Shown: positions 9,435 through 18,978, counted from the stretch's first letter. The stretch is 64,000 nt of DNA from an uncultured delta proteobacterium (GCA_963753975.1 CAVWEH010000005.1:32001-96000), one strand, 5' to 3'. Translations and numbers: made by a program. The notes: generated by a model not told the origin, from the sequence alone.

Positions 9435-11390
9435 TTAAATATCCCAGGTAAAGATCACGCCGCTGGTGGGGAAAATCCATTCCTTAGCAGAAACTTTCAC
9501 TCTAACAAATTTACCTTTACTTGAGATAACCGCAGGCGACGGATGTCTTCCGGCAAAAAAGCTTTCTGCTTTAACATTTTTCAGCTTTGCTTTTTTATAG
9601 CTGAAGTTAATATCCACACCTCTTGTAGGATAAACAAGATATACGGGGAAAATTTTGTTATCTTTTGACTGTTTGGTGGTAATTTCTATTTCGATTTTTG
9701 CCTCTTTGTTTATTTTCTCTTTGAGTTTCTCAGTGCCGCACCAGACTTCGTAGCCGCGCTCGGTTTTTTTTGCTTCAATGATAGGAATATTTTTGTCATC
9801 GACACGCACACGCTCAACGGTAAAATCGCGTTCCATGACCAAATTCCCGCCGTCGCTCAGAAGCCAGCGGTATTCGCAGCGCGGGTCTTCAAACAATTTT
9901 GCCAATTGCGAATTGTTCAGCGCGCAGCCGATCATAAAAACATTGTTTCTGATTGTTTTTTTATACTCGATGCGGGTGTTGACGCGAAAATAATGTTCGG
10001 CGTTCGCGCCGTTTTTTCTTCTCGTCGGAATTTGCGCAATGCGGATATTGTAGCGAAAACCGGAACGCAATTCGAGCTGGCGGTCTTCCTTGCCGAAAAG
10101 TGTTTCAAACATTTCGTAGTAGATGGCATTGCCCAACTCCTCATCGTGCGCACGCGCCTGCAGACAATGGCGGATAATATTGTCGATGCGGGAGATGGAT
10201 TTTTCCTCGTCCGGGACAAATATTCGTCTCAGCCGCGGCTCTATCGTATCGGTTTTCCCTTTCTGCAGAAATACTCGCGGCGCTCTTTTACCTAAAGCGC
10301 AAAGAACTTCATAGCTGATAGTCTTTGCTTTTTGGGCAATCTCGTTGGCACTGATGTATTCCTTGCCCTGCCTGCCCAAAAGGACAACCTCGTCGCCCAC
10401 AGCACAGCGGGGAACATCGGTAACATCGATTGTGCACATATCCATCGAAATCCTTCCGACAATCGGCGCGCGCCGGCCGCGGATCAAAGCCTCGCCCTGG
10501 TTGGAAAGAATAAAAGCATAGCCGTCCCCATAGCCTACCGGAATAGTGGCGATGCGGGTTTTTCTTTCAGTTACATAGGTACTGCCGTAACCGATGCCAT
10601 ATCCTTCAGGAAAATCTTTCAATAAAACAACACTGGTCTTAAAGGACATCACCGGGAGAAGCTTTGCTTTGAACTCAGTTTCCCCAGAAGGATAAATTCC
10701 GTAAGCCATGAGACCGGGACGCACCATATTCAGTTTGAATTCGGGGTAATTTAAAATAGCGCCGCTGTTATCTATATGCCGGAGGGGAATGTTTATTCCC
10801 AGGCTCTCGAGGGAGGCAAGAACATCCGAAAACAGATGCCATTGCTTATCATTGTAAGGAAGCATAACTTCGCTTGAAGCAAAATGGCTGAAGACCCCTT
10901 CCAGCTCAATATTGGACAGCTTGGCTATTTTCAGGATAAGCTTCAACGCTTCGGTGTGCATAGTTCCGCCACGCCCCATACCGGTGTCCACTTCAATATG
11001 CACAGGTAATTTTCGATTCGATTTTTTCAACGCTTTATGCAGCTTTTTGGCGAAATCGGCATCCGAAACGGAAGGGGTGAGCTTGTATTTGATAATCTCA
11101 TCGATTTCGGCTGTGGTTGACGGCCCTAAAATAACGATTGGCGCCTCTATGCCGCTTATTCTCAATTGAACGCCTTCGTCCGCGTTGGCTACGCCGAACA
11201 TCTTCGCACCGTTTTTTAAGGCGGCATTCGATATTTCTATGGCGCCGTGCCCATAAGCATCGGCTTTGACGGCCGGCATAAAATCAACTTGCGGTCCGAT
11301 CAGTCTTTTTATTTCCTTTAGATTACCGATGAAATTATCCAGATCAACTTCTACCCAGCTGCGATATTTCTGTTCTGTTTTTAACGGCAT
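9435..11390 (-). CDS. alr: Alanine racemase with a ~270-aa C-terminal extension
   Basis: VKADAYGHG (PLP Lys), DTGMGRGG, GYGDGY, GRISMD and TISYEVLC motifs. The ORF continues well beyond the normal Alr end. Confidence 0.9.
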   Translation of the reverse strand: MPLKTEQKYRSWVEVDLDNFIGNLKEIKRLIGPQVDFMPAVKADAYGHGAIEISNAALKNGAKMFGVANADEGVQLRISGIEAPIVILGPSTTAEIDEIIKYKLTPSVSDADFAKKLHKALKKSNRKLPVHIEVDTGMGRGGTMHTEALKLILKIAKLSNIELEGVFSHFASSEVMLPYNDKQWHLFSDVLASLESLGINIPLRHIDNSGAILNYPEFKLNMVRPGLMAYGIYPSGETEFKAKLLPVMSFKTSVVLLKDFPEGYGIGYGSTYVTERKTRIATIPVGYGDGYAFILSNQGEALIRGRRAPIVGRISMDMCTIDVTDVPRCAVGDEVVLLGRQGKEYISANEIAQKAKTISYEVLCALGKRAPRVFLQKGKTDTIEPRLRRIFVPDEEKSISRIDNIIRHCLQARAHDEELGNAIYYEMFETLFGKEDRQLELRSGFRYNIRIAQIPTRRKNGANAEHYFRVNTRIEYKKTIRNNVFMIGCALNNSQLAKLFEDPRCEYRWLLSDGGNLVMERDFTVERVRVDDKNIPIIEAKKTERGYEVWCGTEKLKEKINKEAKIEIEITTKQSKDNKIFPVYLVYPTRGVDINFSYKKAKLKNVKAESFFAGRHPSPAVISSKGKFVRVKVSAKEWIFPTSGVIFTWDI

Positions 11391-11785
11391 ATATATTCAG
11401 TCCGAGAGATAATTATCACTTCGTTTTCATGGTCAATACCCCGTCCCGAGGCTGGGCCGGCGGCTTTGGCTCCCGACACTTTTAATTAATCTATTAATTT
11501 AGCCATAGTGGTTCTGGGCCAGGGTCAGCGGCCAAGCTCTGAAATGCTTTTCTCGTCATGGTTAAATATTTTATACTATGCATCACCTAAAACATTATTT
11601 TAATTGAAGCTTACCGCCGCAGAATCATATCAAACCGTTGATGAAAGTCAAGCTGTCTATGCTTTTCAAAAAATAAGCAAAAACAGCAAATATGTGCTTG
11701 AAAGAAAAAATTATTTTAATTAAAATTAAATAAGTGATACTGGTGGATAAATATCCAACATATAAAGATCGAGGAGGAAAGGCAA

Positions 11786-12040
11786 ATGTCGAAAGCAAAG
11801 ACCGGAGATGTTCTTAGTTGTGAAGTATGCGGACTTACCGTAATCGTGGACGAAGAATGCGGGTGTGCTGCGGTCGGAGTTACCTGCTGCGAGGAACCCA
11901 TGATCAACAAGGGACCGGCAGCGCCAAAGAAAAAAGCCTTATTAAAGAAAACAAAATCGACAACAAAAAAGAAAATGGCGAAAAAGAAACCCGCAAAAAA
12001 ACCACCGGCAAAAAAGAAGGCAACTAAAAAAAGAAGATAA
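11786..12040 (+). CDS. Desulforedoxin-like Cys-rich domain with Lys/Ala/Pro-rich basic tail
   Basis: GDVLSCEVCGL...CGC...CCEEPM followed by a KKKPAKK-type tail. RBS GAGGAGG. Confidence 0.7.
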   Translation: MSKAKTGDVLSCEVCGLTVIVDEECGCAAVGVTCCEEPMINKGPAAPKKKALLKKTKSTTKKKMAKKKPAKKPPAKKKATKKRR

Positions 12041-12068
12041 TTAACCGTTGTGGTGACTTCTCTGTTTT

Positions 12069-12095
12069 TATAGAGCCTCCTTGTGGGGCTCTATA
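12069..12095. terminator. Probable intrinsic terminator hairpin
   Basis: TATAGAGCCTC-CTTGT-GGGGCTCTATA inverted repeat after the 11786..12040 gene. Confidence 0.5.
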
Positions 12096-12185
12096 ACCTG
12101 TACTTTTTACAAAAGCGACGGCAATTACATTGATATTTCCGACAGGAAGTCCTTTAATTTTCTCCGCAGGCAAATATTTCTATCA

Positions 12186-12314
12186 GTGGAGCCCCTCTGG
12201 TCGCAGATGCCCTTTAGGTTACAGGAGCCGGAGGCTCCCTAAAATAATGAGACCCCCCGGGTTACGGTGTTTTCTTCCCTCGGCCGAAACCGGGGGATTT
12301 CAAGTCGCGGGATT
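12186..12314 (+). repeat. Structured ~130-nt element, copy 2 (directly upstream of the SRAP gene)
   Basis: Aligns end to end with 5021..5153, including identical CCTTTAGGTTACAGGAGCCGGAGGCTCC. Confidence 0.75.
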
Positions 12315-12322
12315 GAGGAAAT

Positions 12323-12943
12323 ATGTGTGGAAGATTTGTTTTAATGAGTAATGCGGCTAAAATTGCCGAGGAATTTAATTTAGCCGCCGTCACCTCGTCG
12401 CCCATCCCTTCAGGAGATATTCACCCCAGTGAAAAAGCCGTCTGCATAGTGAGCGAAGACAAGAAGAACATCCTGCAGGTTTGGCGATGGGGATTTTTTT
12501 CGCGCCAGCCGAAGCCGACGACAAAATCCGCATTACTGATCAATGCCCGTGCGGAAACTCTGGCTGTAAAGCCAACTTTCCGGGAAACTTTTCAAAAAAG
12601 AAGGTGCCTGGTAGTCGCTGACGGATTCTACGAGTGGTCCAAAGAAAAAAAGCCGTATTATTTTTATCTACAAAGCCACAGACCTTTCGGATTAGCGGGC
12701 ATCTGCGACGAACCGCAACTTCCGGCAACAGGCCGTGAGGCTTCTTTCGTCATTATCACCACCAGCCCCAACCGGCTCGTCTCCCCCATCCATAACCGCA
12801 TGCCGGCTATTATCCCGCATGATGAACAAGCTCTATGGTTGGATAACAAAAAATACAACGAATCAGAATTGCAATCCCTAATGACGCCTTATCCGGCGCA
12901 AGAGATGGAAATGCGACCGGCAGCCTTTATTACCGGCCATTAA
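12323..12943 (+). CDS. SOS-response-associated peptidase (SRAP/YedK/HMCES family, abasic-site protection)
   Basis: N-terminal MCGRF, INARAET, RRCLVVADGFYEW and HNRMP motifs. Confidence 0.92.
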   Translation: MCGRFVLMSNAAKIAEEFNLAAVTSSPIPSGDIHPSEKAVCIVSEDKKNILQVWRWGFFSRQPKPTTKSALLINARAETLAVKPTFRETFQKRRCLVVADGFYEWSKEKKPYYFYLQSHRPFGLAGICDEPQLPATGREASFVIITTSPNRLVSPIHNRMPAIIPHDEQALWLDNKKYNESELQSLMTPYPAQEMEMRPAAFITGH

Positions 12944-13019
12944 GTGGAGCCCCCTCCGGCGGGTTACGGCGCTTTCCTCCCCCGGCCGGAACAGTGGGAT
13001 TCCAAGTCGCGGGATCCAC
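12944..13019 (+). repeat. Structured element, copy 3 (internally deleted, directly downstream of SRAP)
   Basis: GTGGAGCCCC...GGGTTAC...TTCCTCCCCCGGCCG...GGGATTCCAAGTCGCGGGAT. Lacks the central two-hairpin domain and begins at the base after the SRAP stop. Confidence 0.7.
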
Positions 13020-13028
13020 GCCTTTTTC

Positions 13029-13817
13029 TCATCGTTCTTTTCCCCATAAACAAATCGGCAGCCTCATCTGCGGCAATTTGTCGCCTTCATACAATATTTT
13101 TTCCAGGAACAATCCGGAAGGCGGGGCGGTATATCCGGCGGGAATTGAGGAATAAGATTCGAGCATCAATTCTATATCGCGGATAGAGAAATTGCCGCGG
13201 CCGGCCTCGACAGTAATTCCCACTATGCGCCGCACCATTTTCCAGAGAAAATGAGAAGCAACAAAACGCAGGGCGATAATGTCCTCGAATTCTTTTAACT
13301 CCACTCTTTCCATTTTGACTTCCGTGGATGTGTCTTTATCCATCCTTTTATCGGCAAAAGAGATAAAATTATGGAATCCCTGAAAAATGCCCAGCGACTT
13401 TTGCATCTTGCCGAGATCGAGCTTGTCTTTGATCCACCAGACATAACGCTTGCCGAAAGCGGTGCGTCTCTTCGCGATTAGATATAGGTAACTCCGGCCA
13501 AGGGCGTTATGGCGCGCGTGAAATCGCTCCGGGACATTTTCGATCTGCAATATATTAATGCTCGCGGGTAAGTTATCATTAAGGCCGATACGAAGAGTCT
13601 CCGTATTAATTTTCCTGGAGGCTTTCAGATGCGCTACTTGCGCCAAAGCGTGAACCCCGCTATCCGTGCGTCCGGCTCCCTGAATTTCTACCGGCGTCCC
13701 TAAAACATTTTGTGCCGCACCGGTTAAAGTTCCTTGAATACTTTTGGCATTTTTCTGCGTTTGCCAGCCGCTGTAATTGGTTCCGTCGTATTCCAAAATA
13801 ATTTTATAATTATACAT
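13029..13817 (-). CDS. truA: tRNA pseudouridine(38-40) synthase
   Basis: EYDGTNYSGWQ, GAGRTDSGVHALAQ, FLWKMVR and TAPPSGLFL motifs. Confidence 0.93.
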   Translation of the reverse strand: MYNYKIILEYDGTNYSGWQTQKNAKSIQGTLTGAAQNVLGTPVEIQGAGRTDSGVHALAQVAHLKASRKINTETLRIGLNDNLPASINILQIENVPERFHARHNALGRSYLYLIAKRRTAFGKRYVWWIKDKLDLGKMQKSLGIFQGFHNFISFADKRMDKDTSTEVKMERVELKEFEDIIALRFVASHFLWKMVRRIVGITVEAGRGNFSIRDIELMLESYSSIPAGYTAPPSGLFLEKILYEGDKLPQMRLPICLWGKER

Positions 13818-13818
13818 T

Positions 13819-13980
13819 CAATGACACTCGCTGACTATAGGAAGCGTTAGTTGAATTGATCCCGCCATATAAGGCGGATGGTATCACAGATACCCGTGAT
13901 TAATGAAACTCAGATATTACCAGCGAAGCGCAGCAATATTTGCAAGTTGAATTGATCCCGTAGCCAAGGCTATCGGGATA
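13819..13980. repeat. Cluster of modular palindromic repeats (reverse orientation)
   Basis: Two units AATGA(C/A)ACTC-hairpin-AGTTGAATTGATCCC, plus ATCCCG...CGGGAT-type hairpins. Related to copies at 17.1, 33.5-33.9, 41.5, 44.7-44.9 and 52.7 kb. Confidence 0.7.
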
Positions 13981-13998
13981 CTCTAAATACCGCTCGGT

Positions 13999-15384
13999 TC
14001 AGGGCTTATCCTGAGAGTCAATACTACCTTGTTTTGGCCGCTGACTTTGATTATAAGGCACCAATACACTCATAGCGGAAATTCTGTTCAGTAAATAGTC
14101 TTCCTGCTGGTCAATGAAATTTAACTCATATCCGAGACGCAAAGTGGTAATTACGGCTTGCCCGATGATTTTTCTGCTTTCTTTGCCTGCAGAATCTCTT
14201 GTTTTTATGCCCCAAATATTATGGAAAATAAGCGCATGACCGTTATATTCGCCAATGTACAGCATGACATGACCTTTTCGCCAGAGCAAACTCAAATAAG
14301 GAATTCCTTTCTCCAAAATGATTTTTTCCTTTTGTTCGGGAGAAAGACCTTGCAGTTCTATGTAATTCCCCACTTCTTTAACTTGATCTTCCGAGTGCCG
14401 CGGCAGCCAGATACCGAAAGGGGCAAAAAAATCTCTCGTCATGGACGAACAATCCCGATTGCCGTAAAGACCGCCCCAGCCATAAGATTCGCCGATTAAT
14501 TCATCGCCAATCTTTGCTGCGTTGGCATAATTGAAACGCAAAGGTTTGACCGCCGAAATTTCCCGGCTAACGAAGCCGTGCTTGATTATGGCATTCGTGT
14601 TTTTATCAGTCGCCGCAACAAGTATTTCCAGTTTATCCGGCATTTCTTCAATTAAGGGGAAAATATAGCCGAGTGAGGATCTCAGAATGAAATTATCGTC
14701 GGCATCCAAAATAGAAGTTTGATCCCTGGTAATTACGGCATAACGGCCGGACTCCCATGTTTTTATGAAGCCGGCATCGACACGCGCAAAGTCCTCGACA
14801 GGTATCCAGCCGAAAGTATAACAGGTTTCCACAAGAGCCCAAGCTTTGTCGGCACTGATATGGCAAACAAATATAGGCGTATTTGCGGCCACAGACGACC
14901 TCTGCAAATTATCAAAAGGCCAGCCGGAGTTATCGCCTTCGGGGCTACTAAAGTGCGGACCCTGTACGGGCAGAACGCGGAGATTGGTGTTTCGTGTTGT
15001 TATGGCAAAATATAGTGCATTGGGATAGGTTTTTAAAAAAGCATTTTGCTGGAGTTTTTTTATCCAAGCCTTAGAATGTTTTATTTTGTTTTCACCGTAA
15101 CCAAGGCTTACGCTGAATTTTTTAAAATCAAGAGATACTCTTTCGGGCAAAGCATAAAAAGGCTGACACTGGTGCCAAACAGAAAAGTAAATAATGTTAT
15201 AATCTTCATCCATTAGCGATTGAGTTTCTGCCGCAAGAATATCTTTTGCCTTGACCGCATCACTCAAATAAAAAGCATGACTTTGATGCAACTCGCTTAC
15301 GTCTTTGACAATATCTGCCTGCTTCAAACAACCGGCCAGCAGAAAGAAAATCGGCAAAACAGCAAAAGGAGTTCGTATTTTCAT
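13999..15384 (-). CDS. NlpC/P60 family lipoprotein with SH3-like domains (peptidoglycan peptidase)
   Basis: Lipobox LAGC, YGWGG...RDCSS and GHVMLYIG motifs. Confidence 0.88.
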   Translation of the reverse strand: MKIRTPFAVLPIFFLLAGCLKQADIVKDVSELHQSHAFYLSDAVKAKDILAAETQSLMDEDYNIIYFSVWHQCQPFYALPERVSLDFKKFSVSLGYGENKIKHSKAWIKKLQQNAFLKTYPNALYFAITTRNTNLRVLPVQGPHFSSPEGDNSGWPFDNLQRSSVAANTPIFVCHISADKAWALVETCYTFGWIPVEDFARVDAGFIKTWESGRYAVITRDQTSILDADDNFILRSSLGYIFPLIEEMPDKLEILVAATDKNTNAIIKHGFVSREISAVKPLRFNYANAAKIGDELIGESYGWGGLYGNRDCSSMTRDFFAPFGIWLPRHSEDQVKEVGNYIELQGLSPEQKEKIILEKGIPYLSLLWRKGHVMLYIGEYNGHALIFHNIWGIKTRDSAGKESRKIIGQAVITTLRLGYELNFIDQQEDYLLNRISAMSVLVPYNQSQRPKQGSIDSQDKP

Positions 15385-15562
15385 GAAAAAATACCTTGAT
15401 TTAATTTTATAGGTTTTTATAGTCTTTTTTTAAGTTTTGAGCAAGATTAAAGAACGATGAATAATTTTTTTTCAGCAGTTGATAAATAATTTTGTGGCAT
15501 AAGATATCGAACACTGATATAAATGAAATAAATATTTCGGACGGGAAGAAAGGAGTTGACAG

Positions 15563-16111
15563 GTGGAAGATTTTGTACCCAGAAGAATTTTTTTTACAAA
15601 AGGGGTCGGCACGCACAAAGATGAATTGCACTCCTTTGAACGTGCCTTAAGAGATGCAGGAATAGAAAAATGCAATTTGGTGCAGGTATCCAGTATATTT
15701 CCGCCTCGCTGCAAAATAACTTCCAAGTCGCAGGGACTCAAAGGCTTAGTACCCGGAGCCATTACCTATTGCGTCATGAGTCGCTGCTGCACCAATGAAC
15801 CTAAAAGGCTCCTGGCGGCATCCGTTGGTTGCGCCATCCCTGCTGATAAAGCATCTTATGGATATATAAGCGAGCATCACGCGTATGGTCAAACCGAAAA
15901 ACAAGCGGGCGACTACGCGGAGGACTTGGCTGCGGCCATGCTGGCCTCCACTTTGGGAATTGATTTCAATGTGGACGAAGGCTGGGATGAAAAAAAGGAA
16001 ATTTTTAAAATAAGCGGCAAGATTGTTCGTACCCTCAACGTAACCCAATCAACAATTTGTAAAGATAGTCAATACACCACGGTAATGGCTGCGGCTGTGT
16101 ACGTCTTTTAG
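15563..16111 (+). CDS. pdaD: Pyruvoyl-dependent arginine decarboxylase
   Basis: [23 protein letters not shown] self-cleavage motif and YGYISEHH. Confidence 0.88.
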   Translation: MEDFVPRRIFFTKGVGTHKDELHSFERALRDAGIEKCNLVQVSSIFPPRCKITSKSQGLKGLVPGAITYCVMSRCCTNEPKRLLAASVGCAIPADKASYGYISEHHAYGQTEKQAGDYAEDLAAAMLASTLGIDFNVDEGWDEKKEIFKISGKIVRTLNVTQSTICKDSQYTTVMAAAVYVF

Positions 16112-16148
16112 ATATGGGCTGATAGGAATCGGCAACGGCAAGAATTGT

Positions 16149-17024
16149 ATGCCTGAAAATGTTTTTAAAAAAGAAATTCCGGAGTTAAAGATGCAAGATG
16201 TCGGCGGAGCCGATTTACCCTACCTTTACTATGAGGGAGAAGCTTCGCCGATTCTTTTTGCCCATGCGACAGGTTTTTTGCCCTGGCTCTGGCATCCGGT
16301 AATAAAACAGCTTGTGCCGCAAAACCAAATTTGGGTGCCGTATATCTGCAATTATCGCGAGTGTGATCCGGAAAAAGGCGGGCTAAGCTGGGACATTATC
16401 GCCAAGGATATATCAACCTTTTGCCGTTCTCTCAAAATCAAGAATCCTTTGTGTGTCGGGCACTCCATGGGCAGTACAGTACTGACCATCGCCGCCGCCG
16501 GTTACGGCATAGAACCTCGCGGCATGATTTTAATCGAACCGATTTTCCTGCCGGAAGAATTTTACTCCTTGAAAGCCACAGTGAAAGATCATCCGCTGGC
16601 TTCGAAATCGATAAAAAGGACAAATCATTGGAAAAATGAAGACGAAGCCTGGGCTTATCTAAAATCAAAACCTCTTTTTTCCGATTGGGATGAGGAAGTT
16701 CTGACGCTATACCTCAAATACGGCATGGAAAAACAAAAAGCAGGAGATTTAAAACTTGCCTGTACGCCGGAAAGCGAGGCGGCGATGTTTATGGGCGGCT
16801 GGAGCAGGAATCCCTGGCCGCTGCTCGATAAATTGACTTGTCCGGTGTTGGTTGTGGAAGGAGAAAAAAGCGAAAATAAAAAATTTATCGATCTGAAAAG
16901 AGCGGTATCTTTATTGCACCGCGGCAAATATAAGTTAGTTGAAGGAGCCGGGCACTTAATCCCCATGCAGAAGCCCAAAGAAGTAGCTCAAATCATAAAA
17001 GAATATTTAGCGGAAATAATATAA
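16149..17024 (+). CDS. Alpha/beta hydrolase
   Basis: HATGF, GHSMG nucleophile elbow and GAGHLIP. Confidence 0.88.
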   Translation: MPENVFKKEIPELKMQDVGGADLPYLYYEGEASPILFAHATGFLPWLWHPVIKQLVPQNQIWVPYICNYRECDPEKGGLSWDIIAKDISTFCRSLKIKNPLCVGHSMGSTVLTIAAAGYGIEPRGMILIEPIFLPEEFYSLKATVKDHPLASKSIKRTNHWKNEDEAWAYLKSKPLFSDWDEEVLTLYLKYGMEKQKAGDLKLACTPESEAAMFMGGWSRNPWPLLDKLTCPVLVVEGEKSENKKFIDLKRAVSLLHRGKYKLVEGAGHLIPMQKPKEVAQIIKEYLAEII

Positions 17025-17102
17025 ACCGCAAAAATCACAGGTATGAATTTCAAAGCAAGCTTTGGGAACCTTTCCGCAGCGAACCGCGCGACATTTATAT
17101 TG

Positions 17103-17181
17103 CCCCGCTAAGCTTCACCCGCGGGATCAATTCGACCAACAAATTTCAGCGCACTTTGTTTCTGAAATTTGGGTCTCATTG
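17103..17181. repeat. Modular palindromic repeat unit A
   Basis: GGGATCAATTCGACCAACAAATTTCAG-CGCACTTTGTTT-CTGAAATTTGGGTCTCATT, matching the copies at 41.5 and 44.7 kb. Confidence 0.8.
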
Positions 17182-17193
17182 AGAAGAATCATT

Positions 17194-17478
17194 CTAACCG
17201 GCTCTCTTTATACCGGTTAATGCGGCAATCTTTTTTCCTTTCGGCATTCTTTTAATTCTGATTTCCAGGCGCATCGCTTCTTTTCTATTCATGCACCTAC
17301 TCATCGTTATTAACTTTACCGGCAGTCTTGATCGCGTGTATTTGGCGCCGGCCCCGTTATTATGAGTCGTAAGGCGTTTTTTGACATCGTTTGTCAAACC
17401 AGTGTAAAAACTATTATCCCTGCATCGCAGAAGATATACCACCCATGTTTTGCTCGTCGGCTTCTTTTTTGCTTTCAT
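17194..17478 (-). CDS. Small GIY-YIG nuclease (UPF0213/YhbQ-like)
   Basis: VYLLRC.DNSFYTGLT...RL..HN.G.GAKYTRSRLP signature. Confidence 0.88.
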   Translation of the reverse strand: MKAKKKPTSKTWVVYLLRCRDNSFYTGLTNDVKKRLTTHNNGAGAKYTRSRLPVKLITMSRCMNRKEAMRLEIRIKRMPKGKKIAALTGIKRAG

Positions 17479-17739
17479 AATTGCAAAACTATATCACATC
17501 ATCAGCACCACGCCACACATTTTGTGGCCAAAATCCTCTTGACACACAAAATCCTCCCTGCGTATTATAATCCAATTTCGGATGAATGTTTATAAAATTA
17601 AGTGGCCGCGTTCTCAGTACAAGATGCTTGACTCATCGAGCGCAGAGGGTTTACTTCTGAGTCGATGACGGGTATGAGGGCCGGCAGATCATATATGTCC
17701 GGGTTATGAATTTTAAAAATCTTGGTATGGAGGAATATC

Positions 17740-18900
17740 ATGTCCGTTGTAATCGGCGTGCTCCGGGAGACGGCTTCCGAAGAACGGCGTGTTGCTGTTG
17801 TGCCTGAAGTGGTCAAAAAGTTCAAATCGCTTGGCGTGGAGTTCTGCATTGAATACGGAGCCGGGGCAGGCAGTTATTTTCAAGATGGAGATTTCAGCCC
17901 GTCGAGCATTGTTGAAAACAGTAACGAGGTGTTCGCTCAATCCCAGATCATCTTCAAAGTGCAGCCACCGTCGCTCACCGAAATTCGGTTAATGCGGCCG
18001 GGCAGCATCCTCATCGGATTTCTAAATCCATACCAAGGTGTGGATCGGGCTCTCCTCCTGTGCGAAAAAAAAATCACCAGTTTTGCCGTCGAGTTGATTC
18101 CGCGTATTTCCCGCGCCCAAAGCATGGATGCTCTTACGTCCCAGGCCACAGTGGCCGGCTATCAATGTGCTCTTATTGCCGGCGTGCTCTCCCCTAAATT
18201 CTTTCCCATGATAACGTATGCCGCGGGCACGCTGCGTCCCGCGCGGGTACTAATAATCGGCGCGGGGGTCGCCGGGCTTCAAGCGATAGCAACCGTGCAC
18301 CGTCTCGGCGCCATCGCGGAGGCCTATGACGTTCGACAGGAGACCAGGGAGCAGGTCGAGTCCTTGGGTGCGAGGTTCGTCGACACCGGCGTGGCAGTTG
18401 ATGCTTCGGGTGGTTATGCACGCGAGCTAACCGACGAAGAAAAGAAGAATCAGAAGGAAAAATTGGCAAAAGCCGTCTCCCGGGCTGATGTGCTGATTAC
18501 CACGGCTGCGATTCCCGGCAAAAAAAGTCCGCTCATCATCACCGAAGACATGGTGCAGGGAATGAAACAGGGCTCGGTCATTGTGGATATGGCTGCCGAT
18601 TCAGGCGGCAATGTTGCCGGTTCGCGGCCCGGGGAAACGGTTGTTGTCCACGGTGTAAGCATTGTCGGCACCGTCAATCTTCCGTCCCGCATGCCGGTCC
18701 ATGCTTCCGAGATGTACTCGAAAAACCTGTTCAACTTCATTTCGCCGTTTATTAAGGCAGGCGAACTTCAGCTTGATTGGAACGATGAAGTCATTGCGGG
18801 CAGCGTCTTTACGCATGAAGGCCGGATACAACACGACGGGGCGAGGAAAGCACTGGAGGAATATACAAGCTCCAAATCTCAGGCATCAAATTCCAAATAA
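17740..18900 (+). CDS. pntAA: NAD(P) transhydrogenase alpha subunit part 1 (dI)
   Basis: ERRVA, RAQSMDAL, GAGVAGLQA and GGYAREL motifs. ATG at 17740 after GGAGG. Confidence 0.93.
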   Translation: MSVVIGVLRETASEERRVAVVPEVVKKFKSLGVEFCIEYGAGAGSYFQDGDFSPSSIVENSNEVFAQSQIIFKVQPPSLTEIRLMRPGSILIGFLNPYQGVDRALLLCEKKITSFAVELIPRISRAQSMDALTSQATVAGYQCALIAGVLSPKFFPMITYAAGTLRPARVLIIGAGVAGLQAIATVHRLGAIAEAYDVRQETREQVESLGARFVDTGVAVDASGGYARELTDEEKKNQKEKLAKAVSRADVLITTAAIPGKKSPLIITEDMVQGMKQGSVIVDMAADSGGNVAGSRPGETVVVHGVSIVGTVNLPSRMPVHASEMYSKNLFNFISPFIKAGELQLDWNDEVIAGSVFTHEGRIQHDGARKALEEYTSSKSQASNSK

Positions 18901-18978
18901 ATTTCAGACGCAAATTTCAGCTTGTTTCGATATGTTGTCGATTAAATAGTATTTGAGATTTTATGAGGGAGGCATTTC

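Noticed and set aside
11430..11500. Confident c-di-GMP-I or c-di-AMP riboswitch call
   Set aside because: Only short fragments resemble the consensus and key helices are missing. Kept only as a low-interest finding.
12944..13186. 80-aa ORF downstream of SRAP (and 12130..12351 upstream)
   Set aside because: These translate the structured repeat and overlap truA or SRAP, so they are probably not proteins.
18870..18920. CAAAT-rich short repeats at the pntAA end (and TCGGTCT repeats near 58992)
   Set aside because: Too short and degenerate to assign a function from sequence alone.
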